Positions 8,187-18,462 of a stretch of DNA of 56,232 bases are shown here, piece by piece. Origin of the DNA: Elusimicrobia bacterium RIFOXYD2_FULL_34_15 (GTDB taxonomy: Bacteria > Elusimicrobiota > UBA8919); the NCBI GenBank assembly GCA_001800605.1, contig MGVS01000039.1, positions 1 to 56,232 of the forward strand, read 5' to 3'. The position numbers and the translations under genes are program-made. Position 1 is the first letter of the stretch; the number at the start of each line of letters is the position of its first letter. The notes under the pieces were generated by a model. That model saw only the letters and a list, made by a program, of their open reading frames with translations, had not been told where the DNA came from and searched no databases.

Positions 8187-10322
8187 TTACCCTTTCCCTG
8201 CTTTTAAATTAATTTTTAATGTAAAATTATATTTTTCTTTCGGCTTTAAATTGAGTTTTCTATTAATAGTAACTGACGAACCCTGATAAGTTTTTTCGAA
8301 ACCACCATCTGATAATGAAATTGTCCAAATTGGAAATACCCAAAAATCAAAACTATCAGATACATCCATCTTGAGGGCCAGATTATTATATATATCATTC
8401 ATTGCAAAAGATTTTATCGTATCAAAAGAGGTCTTCGCTGAAAATCTTTCTTTCTTTGCTCCGGCCATATAAAAACAATTATCATCCTCGGGATTTGAAA
8501 ATCCAAAATTAAACTCGCAACCATACCAAAACTCCCAATCTTTTTCATAATTGTTTACAATTTGGTATTGAATATTAATTATCTGCTCATTTATAGATAT
8601 TGTCTTTTGCACTTCAGCAGGTATTAGACCTGATGGAAGCCAGAGAAAACCATTTCGTTTTAATGTTATATTTTCATTTTTTTTGCCGGATGCTATTTCC
8701 AATTTATACGGTTGATTTACAAAATCTCCTACTTCACCGTATTCACAATTAGAATATTTTTCCAGATTGGTATCGTTATGAAAAAAATGATCAATCAAGG
8801 AATTCCTGTTATACCAGTCATATTTAAGATATTTTTCTAAACCGAGTTCTTTTGTATAATAAGTTCCCTTTATCGGCTCCGCCTTTTCATCTACATTTTT
8901 TATTATAGAAACATCAACTTTTTTATGATATGCTTCAAATCTCCTGGTTAAAACATCCGTTAAATTATAACTTACCGGCTTGAAATCAATTTCTGTAATC
9001 GCACCGCCACAAGACGGTTTTACATAAACATTTATATTTTTATTTGAGAGTATAGCCTCGTTTTGCCCGTCTTTATCGAAATCAATAATGTCTTTAGAAA
9101 TTATCGGTTTTGATCCCGAATCCAGAACATTTTCCGCATCTATTAAACTTTTATAAATTGCATGCCTTAAATGAGGCAGGTACAATCCGCCAAATACACC
9201 ATGCCAATAAGCACAATTACATTGACCCTTATAAAGAGAATCTATTGCCTGCTCTATTTGTGAAACTGTCTTTTTATTTTTTTCTTCTGAGCCGGTTTCT
9301 TTATTTAAATTTAACGATTGAATCTTATCGCCGATATAAAGCATTTTTTTATGCATGTTGTTAGATTCAGTGTATTTTGTCAAAAAATTTCTCCAAAAAC
9401 CGCCTCGTAAAAATCTTTTTGTGTTAGCATCAGCATGTGATACAATTTTTTCAAAATCAACCTGAGATTTTGCGGGTAGTGACCACTCGCTCATCTCGAA
9501 ATACGAAGCAGTCGGCAGATAGATTCGGCCTCTTGCCGGATATTGCTTCATATATTCAGAAAAAGTTGTTGTATTAATCCAATCAGAATTTTTTTCTAAT
9601 AATGTTAAAAAATTTTCTAGCCATTTTTCTTCATAACATGTTTTGAAGGTTTCAGGCCACAATCCGAATTTCTCGCCATCGTCAACCATTACAAGCAGGT
9701 CTGACGGTTCATCGGATACATGACTCCTCAGATATTCTATAGTTTCTTCGGGTTCGGCAAACGGTGTTAAATATCTTAATTTTTGATTTATAGTGAAAAT
9801 TTTTAAAGCAAAACCCTGCTCTTCAGTTATAAAATACCCTTTCAATTTATTTTCTTCAATCCCTGACGCTAAAAAGGGTGCGTCATCCAAAATAACATAC
9901 TCAATACCTGCATCATTAAGCGATTTTGCTAATGACGGCTCCCAAACTCTTTCAGCCAACCACATACCTTTTGCTTTATATGAAAACTTTTTATCTATGT
10001 AACTGCTGAGTTTTGAAATTTGGCCTAATTTGTCTCTATCCGGGATTATAGACATTATTGGTTCATAATATCCGCCTGTTAAGAGCTCTGCTTGCCCTTT
10101 TTTAACAAGAGTTTTCAATTTATTTAGTATTTCCGGATTTTTTCTTTCAAAAAAATCAATTAAAGGACCTGTATAATGAAAGACTGCTTTTATTTTTGGA
10201 TATTTCTTTATAGTGTCTAAAAATGGTTCATATGCCATTCTTGTTGCCATATCAAAAATATCATCATAATTACCTACCGGCTGATGATTATGAACACCAA
10301 AAATAAAATTTATCTTCTTCAT
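8187..10322 (-). CDS. GH57 alpha-amylase / 4-alpha-glucanotransferase
   Basis: HNHQP, WLAERVWEP, DDGEKFG, YWHGVFGGLY motifs; C-terminal DUF1926-like region. Confidence 0.92.
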   Translation of the reverse strand: MKKINFIFGVHNHQPVGNYDDIFDMATRMAYEPFLDTIKKYPKIKAVFHYTGPLIDFFERKNPEILNKLKTLVKKGQAELLTGGYYEPIMSIIPDRDKLGQISKLSSYIDKKFSYKAKGMWLAERVWEPSLAKSLNDAGIEYVILDDAPFLASGIEENKLKGYFITEEQGFALKIFTINQKLRYLTPFAEPEETIEYLRSHVSDEPSDLLVMVDDGEKFGLWPETFKTCYEEKWLENFLTLLEKNSDWINTTTFSEYMKQYPARGRIYLPTASYFEMSEWSLPAKSQVDFEKIVSHADANTKRFLRGGFWRNFLTKYTESNNMHKKMLYIGDKIQSLNLNKETGSEEKNKKTVSQIEQAIDSLYKGQCNCAYWHGVFGGLYLPHLRHAIYKSLIDAENVLDSGSKPIISKDIIDFDKDGQNEAILSNKNINVYVKPSCGGAITEIDFKPVSYNLTDVLTRRFEAYHKKVDVSIIKNVDEKAEPIKGTYYTKELGLEKYLKYDWYNRNSLIDHFFHNDTNLEKYSNCEYGEVGDFVNQPYKLEIASGKKNENITLKRNGFLWLPSGLIPAEVQKTISINEQIINIQYQIVNNYEKDWEFWYGCEFNFGFSNPEDDNCFYMAGAKKERFSAKTSFDTIKSFAMNDIYNNLALKMDVSDSFDFWVFPIWTISLSDGGFEKTYQGSSVTINRKLNLKPKEKYNFTLKINLKAGKG

Positions 10323-10323
10323 A

Positions 10324-10434
10324 TTACTTATTACCCAGCTTGTCCCGACCCATCGGGATTACTCATTACTTGTCACTCATCACTCGTTACCCCCGCCACT
10401 AGGTCTTCGGCGGGCAAGCATTACTCGTTACCGA
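10324..10434. repeat. TTACYCR heptamer array carrying two inserted hairpins
   Basis: Hairpins at 10338-10358 (GCTTG-TCCCGA-CCCA-TCGGGA) and 10392-10418 (CCCGCC...GGCGGG-CAAG); removing them restores the 7-nt period. Confidence 0.85.
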
Positions 10435-10438
10435 TTTT

Positions 10439-10846
10439 CTATGCTCTGAAGAAATTTCCCTTTAAATCCATTATTGATGCTTTTGCATCACTTAATACTT
10501 TTTCTTTTAGTTCCAACAATGTCAATTTCTGCCTATGTGTAAATGCAGACATAACCATATATAGATTAACACCGCTTAATATTTCAATCTTGTTGTTAAA
10601 TTTTTTTAAAAGAGATGTGCAGACAACCGAAGGGGTACCGCCTACTAAATCAAGTAATATAAGCAAACCGTTTTCAATGTTAAATGCTTTTATTATTTTT
10701 TCAAGCCGGATTTCGACAGATTTAGGATCTTCATTGCTTTTTATAGATACTGCGGCCGAAAACTGCTGTTCACCTATTATGTTTCGGGCAGTTTTCAAAA
10801 GCGTTGCCCCGAAATCTTCGTGTGTAATAATTAGAATATTAATCAT
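10439..10846 (-). CDS. PTS mannose-family EIIA-like protein
   Basis: MINILIITHEDFG, LDLVGGTPS, SGVNLYM; start reset to ATG 10846. Confidence 0.88.
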   Translation of the reverse strand: MINILIITHEDFGATLLKTARNIIGEQQFSAAVSIKSNEDPKSVEIRLEKIIKAFNIENGLLILLDLVGGTPSVVCTSLLKKFNNKIEILSGVNLYMVMSAFTHRQKLTLLELKEKVLSDAKASIMDLKGNFFRA

Positions 10847-11045
10847 TTTTTCGTTAGAAAAGCCGAGACCACCACCGAACCGTAGATGGGCAGGCAAACT
10901 CGGCAACTCTTTCAACTTTTAACTTCCAACATCGTTCTCTTGTTCTGAAGTTCTGCTGTTCTATAAACTATGAACTCTTTACTATGAACTTTTTTACATT
11001 TTACTCATTACCCGTTACTCGTTACTTATTCTTTTCCTTCTATGT

Positions 11046-12626
11046 TTATATGTATACTTTGTAATCAATATTCGGAAAAATGTTATTTCTTCTCTCTAAA
11101 TCACGTAAAAAACCTTCATCAATTTGATTGCTTTTCACCTGCTCGTATAATTTCGTAAATTGATAAATGTGGTTTTTAGTTCTTTTGCATGCATATGCCA
11201 CCATCGTTCCGGTTGTCATTATGAACGCCCAGTCAGAAGATTGTGCAAGAAGTAATTCACGTGCTGCCTGATTTAGTGCCCGTTTCTTTAAACCATGTGC
11301 ACTTGGATTTTCCACTGCAATTTCAATCATTCTTTCTGATGCCTTATGAAGATGCCTGTAAATCCAGTCATTTGCCCCGTTAAGCCATACCTCATTATAA
11401 CCTTTATCCCCCCAAGATGACATTGATGGTTGAATTACCTGATTTTCGGGATACATCTGCAAATATTCACTTGGAGTAATTGGCGTTATTGTCTTTTGGT
11501 CGTAATACATTTTCCTGAATAAAAATTCAATAAATTCCGGTCCTTCGTACCACCAGTGCCCAAAAAGTTCTGCATCATACATTGAAACAATCACAGGTTT
11601 TCTTTTAAGGAAAGAATGTAAAAACTCAACTTGTTTTTCACGATTAAACAAAAAATTACCGGCGTGGCTTGCTGCTATATCCCTTGCTTCATCCGGATCA
11701 TATGGCTGCTTTTCCGAAAGCCCTACTTTACCTGTAATTTTAAAATACTTTAATCCGATGTTTCTTCTTACTCCGTCAGAATGCAAATATGGTTTTACAT
11801 AATTATAATCTAAATCGTAACCAAGATCCCTGTAAAATTCTCTATATTTATAATCACCGGGATATCCGATTTCGGCAGACCAGACCTGATGAGCCGATTC
11901 CATGTCTCTCGCAAAAGCGGCAACACCAGAAGGGCAATATACCGGTGCGAATACACCATAACGGGGTCTTGGCGAACCGTATAATATACCGTGTGTATCT
12001 ACAAAAAAGTATCTTAATTTCTGTTCTTTTAAAACATAATCATCACCGGGATTATAAGCACATTCGGCAAGCCATATTCCTTTTGGCTTTCTGTGAAATT
12101 TATCCTTATAATCGTCAACTGCCGTTTTTATCTGGGCTCGTACTGCATTTCTATGAATCTTTAAAGGTAAAAAACCGTGAGTGGCACAGCAGGTTATTAT
12201 TTCTAATTTTCCTTCATCCTGAATTTTTCTAAAACCATTTATCAAATTCCCATGATGCTTTTCAACAATCTGTCTGCATTTTTTTAATTTTCTTTCATAC
12301 ATTAAAGCTGTCTTATGAAATTGATGCTGGTTTTGGGTTCTAAATACTTCCTTTTCTGAAAGATCTATGAGTTTTTCAAGATGTCTTTTATATCTTCCCA
12401 TCAGAAGTTCATCTGAAAACATGGCACATAGAGTCGGCGTTAAAGACATTGTAATACGAAAATCAACACCCTCAGAAATGAGACGCTCGTACATATCTAA
12501 AAGTGGAATATATGTTTCGGTAGCCGCTTCGAAAAACCAATCTTCTTCTAAAAAATCATCGTACTCGGGATGACGGATAAAAGGAAGGTGTGCGTGCAAA
12601 ACCAGACAAAGGTGACCTTGTTCCAT
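11046..12626 (-). CDS. GH57 1,4-alpha-glucan branching enzyme
   Basis: LHAHLPF, WLAECAY, YDAELFGHWWYEG, LAQSSDWAF. Confidence 0.93.
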   Translation of the reverse strand: MEQGHLCLVLHAHLPFIRHPEYDDFLEEDWFFEAATETYIPLLDMYERLISEGVDFRITMSLTPTLCAMFSDELLMGRYKRHLEKLIDLSEKEVFRTQNQHQFHKTALMYERKLKKCRQIVEKHHGNLINGFRKIQDEGKLEIITCCATHGFLPLKIHRNAVRAQIKTAVDDYKDKFHRKPKGIWLAECAYNPGDDYVLKEQKLRYFFVDTHGILYGSPRPRYGVFAPVYCPSGVAAFARDMESAHQVWSAEIGYPGDYKYREFYRDLGYDLDYNYVKPYLHSDGVRRNIGLKYFKITGKVGLSEKQPYDPDEARDIAASHAGNFLFNREKQVEFLHSFLKRKPVIVSMYDAELFGHWWYEGPEFIEFLFRKMYYDQKTITPITPSEYLQMYPENQVIQPSMSSWGDKGYNEVWLNGANDWIYRHLHKASERMIEIAVENPSAHGLKKRALNQAARELLLAQSSDWAFIMTTGTMVAYACKRTKNHIYQFTKLYEQVKSNQIDEGFLRDLERRNNIFPNIDYKVYI

Positions 12627-12644
12627 AAATTTTTCCTAATAAAT

Positions 12645-12755
12645 GATTACACAGATTTTCAACACCGATTACACTTATTAGAACCTAATCCTTAGAAAAA
12701 TCTGTGTAATCTGCCTTTTAATCTGTGTAATCAAACATCCGTTTTTAGGATGTTT
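12645..12755. repeat. GATTACACAGAT-family inverted-repeat element
   Basis: 2x GATTACAC / 2x AATCTGTGTAATC plus AAACATCC-7-GGATGTTT hairpin. Confidence 0.85.
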
Positions 12756-13618
12756 TATTTTGTTTTTCTTTCTGCTGTTATCGTTATATGACGTTCATCA
12801 ACCCCATCTTCTGAAACTGCCTGTATAGCATGTTCCTGAAAACCATCAGGAAATGCAAATCTTAATGAGAATGTACCATCGGGATTCAATTTAATCGGCT
12901 TGCCGCTTACGGTTAAAGATGCTGTCGGTTCAGTTGCTCCATAGATAATTAGTTCAGCATCTGCAATAAGCCAGAATTTTCTTTCTTTTCCCAGCGGTTT
13001 TCTGAATGAACTTGAACCGGAAAACGCACCCGATGAAATTACGCTTAGCATTTCCCATCTCTTTGCAAGCAACTTTGCCATTTCTAATGAGCCAACACCA
13101 ATTTTATCAACACCGGAAAGTTTCATTAATCTGTCATAATCGCCCATTAATAGCATCCATTGTTCATCGGTGATATCTGAAACTCTATCTGCCGGAAGTG
13201 AAATAATGTTTGATCTTAAAAGCAATATGAATTTTCCGTCTTTGGTCTTGAGACCAAGCTCAACACACCAGGACCTACCCGAAAAATCAACTCTAATATA
13301 CCAATTTTGTGCATTCAAAGATACAGAATTATCCTTAAAACCTATGGAATTAACTCCATTGAAGTTGCTCACCCCTGTAACATCGTGAATGCGCAAGACA
13401 ATTTGTGCATTTTCAAAAATATCATTACCATATTTACTTTTTATTTCCTGTTTCTTGCCTTCGGTAAGTTCCCAATAAGCAAATATCCAATATGGATCCC
13501 TTGGTAATATAACAATGCGGTCGTCACCATATGTTTCCGGTATCGAATATCCGACATCAACAAAACCTTCCTGTTTTTTTTCTTTCTTTCCCATTGGAGA
13601 AGATGGATTTTGAGACAT
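12755..13618 (-). CDS. DUF4912 domain protein
   Basis: ILPRDPYWIFAYWE and ADAELIIYGATEP motifs; usual neighbour of GH57 branching enzyme. Confidence 0.85.
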   Translation of the reverse strand: MSQNPSSPMGKKEKKQEGFVDVGYSIPETYGDDRIVILPRDPYWIFAYWELTEGKKQEIKSKYGNDIFENAQIVLRIHDVTGVSNFNGVNSIGFKDNSVSLNAQNWYIRVDFSGRSWCVELGLKTKDGKFILLLRSNIISLPADRVSDITDEQWMLLMGDYDRLMKLSGVDKIGVGSLEMAKLLAKRWEMLSVISSGAFSGSSSFRKPLGKERKFWLIADAELIIYGATEPTASLTVSGKPIKLNPDGTFSLRFAFPDGFQEHAIQAVSEDGVDERHITITAERKTK

Positions 13619-13832
13619 AGTCTGCCCCCTTCTTAAACATACTCTACAATTTTAAATTTACTATTCTACTCGTTTAGATTCAACTATATATATCTAGATT
13701 CCCATATTACTAAACTAAAATAATTTTACTCCGTAAAACATGCTTCCGTGACTCTTAAATAAATCTTTATTATTTTATTCCACTTAAATGTCAAATATGT
13801 ATATAAGCTTACAAACCAATCTCTAACTGGGC

Positions 13833-14696
13833 TTATCTTCCAATATCTCTGTGTTTCAAAGTTACAGAAAATCCCTTTTTGCCCAAATAATCTCCCAAAG
13901 CATTAGCAAGAACTACCGAACGGTGTTTGCCACCGGTACAGCCAAGAGCGATTGATAAATATGATTTTCCTTCCTTTACATATTTAGGAATTATATTTGC
14001 TATCATAGAAAAAAATGATTTTGTGAATTTTTTTGCATCTTCAAAACCCATCACATATTTCTTAACTTTTTTATCATTACCGGTATGGTTCTTAAGAGCT
14101 TCTACATAATAGGGATTAGGTAAAAATCTTACATCCATTACTATATCGGCATCTGAAGGAACACCATATTTATAACCAAAAGAAATTATTGTGATCCTCA
14201 TCTCTTCTTTCTGCGATACTTTCAATAAATCAGCAATGTTTTCTTTAAGCTCCTGAAGATTCATGTTTGAAGTATCGATAACTTTCGATGCCTGAGCTTT
14301 TATATTTGATAAAATAGCGCGTTCTGTTTTAATTGATTCTGTAATGGATTTTCCTATCGGATGCTTTCGCCTGGTTTCGCTGAATCTCCTAAACAACACC
14401 TCATCAGAAGCATCCATGAATAGAATTCTTGGCTGGATACTAAGCCCGGAGATTATTTTTGGGAAATTTGAAAGATCTTCACCTTCTCTGATATCTATGC
14501 CAAGCACTATTTTTTTAAATCTTGAATCTCTTGAGCTTGTACCAAGTGATACGAATTTATCAACTAAAGAAAGTGGCAAATTATCAACACAAAAAAAACC
14601 TAAATCCTCAAAACATTTTATTGCCTGGCTTTTCCCTGCTCCGGATATGCCTGTAATTATAAAAAATTGTGTTTCTTTACTATTGCTTTTGTTCAT
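13833..14696 (-). CDS. rapZ: RNase adapter RapZ / P-loop ATPase
   Basis: TGISGAGKS, CVDNLP, SFGYKYG, DVRFLPNP, GCTGGKHRSV. Confidence 0.95.
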   Translation of the reverse strand: MNKSNSKETQFFIITGISGAGKSQAIKCFEDLGFFCVDNLPLSLVDKFVSLGTSSRDSRFKKIVLGIDIREGEDLSNFPKIISGLSIQPRILFMDASDEVLFRRFSETRRKHPIGKSITESIKTERAILSNIKAQASKVIDTSNMNLQELKENIADLLKVSQKEEMRITIISFGYKYGVPSDADIVMDVRFLPNPYYVEALKNHTGNDKKVKKYVMGFEDAKKFTKSFFSMIANIIPKYVKEGKSYLSIALGCTGGKHRSVVLANALGDYLGKKGFSVTLKHRDIGR

Positions 14697-15639
14697 TATT
14701 TTTCTTTCTATCTTCTTCTCTCATCATTTCAATAAGCCGTTTATTTAAGTCCTGCGCAGCATGATAACCGCGTAATTTAAGACGCTGGTTCATAGCTGCT
14801 ATTTCTATAATACCCGCAATGTTTCTACCCGGTTTTACAGGAATAGTTACTTCCGGAATCTTAACACCCAATATCTCAGTGTATTTATCATCAAGTCCAA
14901 GGCGTTCATATTCTTTTTCTCCGGCCCAGTTTTCAAGCTGGACAAGCAACTCAACCTTAGTTGAATCCATAACAGAGAATATTCCAAAAAGATTTCTTAT
15001 ATCAATAATACCGATGCCTCTTATCTCCATATGATGTCTAATAAGTTCTTCTCCTGAACCCATAAGAACATCACCTGACTGCCTTTTTATTTCAACAACA
15101 TCATCAGCAACAAGAACATGCCCTCTTTTTATGAGTTCTAGCGCTGTTTCTGATTTTCCAATAGATGCATTGCCAAAAATTAAAACACCCATGCCTGAAA
15201 CATTGACCAAAACTCCGTGTTTCACTATAGAAGGAGCCAGCATATCTTCTAAAAATAGTGTAAGCCCTGTCGAGAACTTTCCTGTTTCTAAAGATGTTTT
15301 TATGATGGGTATTTCTTCTTCCTTTGATAGCTTTAAAAATTCTATAGGTATATCAAGATTTCTTGTTACAATTATAGTAGGAATTTCATAGGAAAATATT
15401 TTTTTGAAAACTTCTTCTTTTACCAGATGTGATTTGAGGTATGTTATTTCTCCTAAACCGATTATCTGAACGCGTTGATAAGGAAAATAATCGAAAAAAC
15501 CTGTCAGCACCAGACCCATTCTGTTTATTTCAGCAACAGTTATTTTTCTATTTAACCCTTCCTCTCCTGAAGCAATTTCTAACGAAAACTCCGTTTCTTT
15601 TTTTTCAAAAAAATCTCGTATAGTGATACTTTTATCCAT
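14680..15639 (-). CDS. hprK: HPr(Ser) kinase/phosphorylase
   Basis: HGVLV, GNASIGKSETALELIKRGH, LVADD, PVKPGRN; start reset to ATG 15639. Confidence 0.95.
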   Translation of the reverse strand: MDKSITIRDFFEKKETEFSLEIASGEEGLNRKITVAEINRMGLVLTGFFDYFPYQRVQIIGLGEITYLKSHLVKEEVFKKIFSYEIPTIIVTRNLDIPIEFLKLSKEEEIPIIKTSLETGKFSTGLTLFLEDMLAPSIVKHGVLVNVSGMGVLIFGNASIGKSETALELIKRGHVLVADDVVEIKRQSGDVLMGSGEELIRHHMEIRGIGIIDIRNLFGIFSVMDSTKVELLVQLENWAGEKEYERLGLDDKYTEILGVKIPEVTIPVKPGRNIAGIIEIAAMNQRLKLRGYHAAQDLNKRLIEMMREEDRKKNNEQKQ

Positions 15640-15647
15640 TATTTTCT

Positions 15648-15733
15648 CAGTATACAGTATACAGTACACAGTTTTTAGATAACCTTATTTTTTGTCTACT
15701 CACTGTATCCTGTAGTCTGTATCCTGTGTACTG
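15648..15733. repeat. Inverted pair of CAGTAYA heptamer arrays
   Basis: CAGTATA CAGTATA CAGTACA ... CTGTATC CTGTAGT CTGTATC CTGTGTA. Confidence 0.8.
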
Positions 15734-15738
15734 CAGTA

Positions 15739-16197
15739 TTATAGTTCGTCTTCTTCCTTTATTATTTTAATAACTTCGTGAGAAGATTGAGCGTCCCTTA
15801 AGGATTGTCTGAAAAATTTATCTTTCAATAACCTTGAAATTTTTGCAATCGCCTGCAAGTGTTCGCTTATTGATTCAGGCGGAGCAATCATTAAAAAAAC
15901 TATATAAACAGGTTCGCCGTCAAGAGAATCAAAATCAACACCAGCTCTGGAAATACCTAAAGATGCAACTATCTTGGAAACCTCTTCGCTTTTTGCATGC
16001 GGTATCGCAACACCTTGGCCGATACCGGTAGACCCTGTACTTTCTCTCTTCATAATAGCTTCTATAGTTTTATCAACACTTTTTACAAGTTTCTTTTTAG
16101 CCAACACATCTATAAGTTCGTTGATAACCTCTTTCTTAGTTTTTCCTTTTAAATCCGTGATAACTAAATTTTCCGATAAAAAATCCAAAATTTTCAT
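15739..16197 (-). CDS. ptsN: PTS EIIA (Ntr/fructose type)
   Basis: RESTGSTGIGQGVAIPHAK; position after hpf. Confidence 0.88.
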   Translation of the reverse strand: MKILDFLSENLVITDLKGKTKKEVINELIDVLAKKKLVKSVDKTIEAIMKRESTGSTGIGQGVAIPHAKSEEVSKIVASLGISRAGVDFDSLDGEPVYIVFLMIAPPESISEHLQAIAKISRLLKDKFFRQSLRDAQSSHEVIKIIKEEDEL

Positions 16198-16198
16198 G

Positions 16199-16732
16199 CT
16201 ACGAACTCCTCCTTTTCTCTATCTCAATTAAACCATAACCAGAATCGTATTTTTTATGAATTACCGACAATTTGTTATTTTGACTGTTAGTAAATACTAA
16301 AAACGCGTAATCATTCTCGGTCAAACTTTCCAGTGCTTCATTAACACTTAAAATCTCGGGAATAAATTTTCTCTTTTTTAAATCTACTGATTCCGCCGGA
16401 GATTGAAATGATTTTTCCTCCAACAACAAATATTTTTCTGCTTTTCTATGACCCTTAATTTTCTCTTTTTCTTTTAATAATTGCAGTTCAACTTTATCGA
16501 CAGCCATATCTACCGCAGAATGAAAATCTGTCGATTTCTTTTTAACTTTTAATGTAACACCCAGTAAATTAATAACAATTTCGACAAAATAAAGATATTT
16601 TTCGCGGCTTAAAAAAACTTCAATTTCATTGATATTTGGAAAAATCTTATGGCTTTTAGCTAATTTTTCATTAATATAATCTAACAACGAATTTGGAACT
16701 TTAACTTTTATAGTCCTAATATTGATTACCAT
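16199..16732 (-). CDS. hpf: Ribosome hibernation factor (long HPF/RaiA)
   Basis: S30AE-like N-domain (DFHSAVDMAVDKVELQL) plus C-terminal domain ending GYGLIE. Confidence 0.85.
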   Translation of the reverse strand: MVINIRTIKVKVPNSLLDYINEKLAKSHKIFPNINEIEVFLSREKYLYFVEIVINLLGVTLKVKKKSTDFHSAVDMAVDKVELQLLKEKEKIKGHRKAEKYLLLEEKSFQSPAESVDLKKRKFIPEILSVNEALESLTENDYAFLVFTNSQNNKLSVIHKKYDSGYGLIEIEKRRSS

Positions 16733-16750
16733 TGCTCCTCCCGAACCTAT

Positions 16751-16778
16751 ATAATACTAAAATCACGAATAAAGTCAA
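16751..16778 (-). promoter_or_regulatory. Sigma70-type promoter upstream of hpf
   Basis: TTGACT-16-TATTAT. Confidence 0.55.
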
Positions 16779-16816
16779 CTATTTATACACAAAAATTAAA
16801 AATTACCTGCCCCTAC

Positions 16817-17536
16817 TCACATCTTAAATTTCTTGCCGAGATATATTTTCCTTGCTTCTTCGCTCTCTAAAAGCTGTTTAGCTGAACCTTCAATTAGAAC
16901 CCTACCATCATAAATTATGTATGCCCTATCTATTATCTCCAAAGCTTCTCTAACATTATGATCTGTCAATATAACACCTATCCCCGATTTTTTCAAATCT
17001 TTTATTATATTTTGGATATCAGCAATTGTAATCGGATCTATACCTACAAAAGGTTCGTCAAGAAGTATGAAATGAGGATTTATTGCTAACGCACGCGCTA
17101 TTTCTGTCCGTCTTCTCTCGCCACCGGACAGATTATATGCGTATCTGTCTTTTAGATTATAAATACCCAGTTTCTTTAAAAGTAATTCACTTTCCGTGTA
17201 GCATTTATCTCTTTCATAACCGAGCATTTCAAGTATTGCCAGAATATTTTCCTGCACAGTAAGCCCTCTGAAAATCGATGACTCCTGAGATAAATATATT
17301 ATCCCTTTTTGGGCCCGCAAATAAACAGGAATATTTATTATGTCTTCCGAATCAAAGTATATATGTCCGCTATCCGCCTTTATTAATCCGCTTATTATGT
17401 GAAACGAGGTTGTTTTACCGGCACCGTTAGGGCCAAGCAGACCTATAATTTCCGAGTCATTTACGAACATCGAAAGTTCGTTGACTACTCTGTGCTTTGA
17501 ATAAGTTTTTACAATATTTTCTATTTTCAGTTGCAT
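16817..17536 (-). CDS. lptB: LPS export ABC ATPase
   Basis: GPNGAGKTT, LSGGERRRTEIARAL, LLDEPF, TDHNVRE. Confidence 0.95.
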   Translation of the reverse strand: MQLKIENIVKTYSKHRVVNELSMFVNDSEIIGLLGPNGAGKTTSFHIISGLIKADSGHIYFDSEDIINIPVYLRAQKGIIYLSQESSIFRGLTVQENILAILEMLGYERDKCYTESELLLKKLGIYNLKDRYAYNLSGGERRRTEIARALAINPHFILLDEPFVGIDPITIADIQNIIKDLKKSGIGVILTDHNVREALEIIDRAYIIYDGRVLIEGSAKQLLESEEARKIYLGKKFKM

Positions 17537-17549
17537 AATATTGAGAACC

Positions 17550-17732
17550 AATTTAAAATTAAAAGTTTCCGCTACTAAGTCGTTAGCGGATCCGCCGAAG
17601 CATAGTGGCGTAAAATATTCAGAACGACATTCATGTCATGCTGAGCCACATTCACTTCGTTCAGGATGACACTTTGTATCATTTTTAATTTTTCATCCCG
17701 TAAAAACGGGACAAGTTTTTGCATTTTTAATT
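17550..17732. repeat. A/T-rich heptamer arms carrying several hairpin elements
   Basis: Double hairpin 17568-17610, GTCAT...CTTCG..TCAGGATGAC 17635-17670, TCCCGT-AAAA-ACGGGA-CAAG 17696-17715. Confidence 0.8.
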
Positions 17733-17734
17733 GC

Positions 17735-18397
17735 CTATTTCATAATCATCTTTGATTGTACATTGCCTAAAATGGTTAAAATTTCTTTTTCCAATGCCAA
17801 TATAATTTTGTCTCCGGTGTATTCAGAATAATTTTTTTCATCTCTTCTTATTATTTTAGGAGGACCGCCTAATAGCAAAAGCTCGTCTGTTTTTTTGTCA
17901 TAAAATGCTTCATCACTTAGCATCTCTGTCCCTTCCTGAAAAATTTTAACATCTTTTATCGCATGAAACTTTTCACCAAAATCCGATATTTCAAGTTTTT
18001 CACAGGTCATATTTACAACGTCGGTTGTATTGTTGGTCAAAAATCTTTTCATTTTAACATTACCGAAAAAAATCCCGCTGCCGCTGTTTTTACTGTATTG
18101 TGCTTCATCTGCCCAGCCGTTGATATTTGTCATTCCGCTTGAATAGTGAATATTTATATTACCCTTACCGGTTATCTCGCCGTTTTTATCGTTTGACTTC
18201 ATTTCATCTGCAATGATTTCAAGGTTTTTTTGCTTAAATTTTACATTACCCAGGAATTCCATTATATCGCCTTTCGATAATATTTTCATCTTATCACCCG
18301 TAATTGTGGTCGGTTCATTTTTATCTGCAGAAAATACAAAACAACATACGTTGATAAAAAATATTATTATTAAACTAGTTTTCATTATTTTATTCAT
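17735..18397 (-). CDS. lptA: LptA/OstA-like periplasmic protein
   Basis: Signal peptide, repeated beta-jellyroll-like segments, synteny lptC-lptA-lptB. Confidence 0.75.
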   Translation of the reverse strand: MNKIMKTSLIIIFFINVCCFVFSADKNEPTTITGDKMKILSKGDIMEFLGNVKFKQKNLEIIADEMKSNDKNGEITGKGNINIHYSSGMTNINGWADEAQYSKNSGSGIFFGNVKMKRFLTNNTTDVVNMTCEKLEISDFGEKFHAIKDVKIFQEGTEMLSDEAFYDKKTDELLLLGGPPKIIRRDEKNYSEYTGDKIILALEKEILTILGNVQSKMIMK

Positions 18398-18420
18398 TAA
18401 TATTACTCTGCATTCTTCAG

Positions 18421-18458
18421 CTGTATCCTGTATACTGTGTACTGTGTACTGTATCCTG
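18421..18458. repeat. CTGTRTM heptamer array (single arm)
   Basis: CTGTATC CTGTATA CTGTGTA CTGTGTA CTGTATC. Confidence 0.8.
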
Positions 18459-18462
18459 ACTA

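Noticed and set aside
13760-13794. Promoter upstream of DUF4912
   Set aside because: Perfect TTGACA but no convincing -10 box at 16-18 nt spacing
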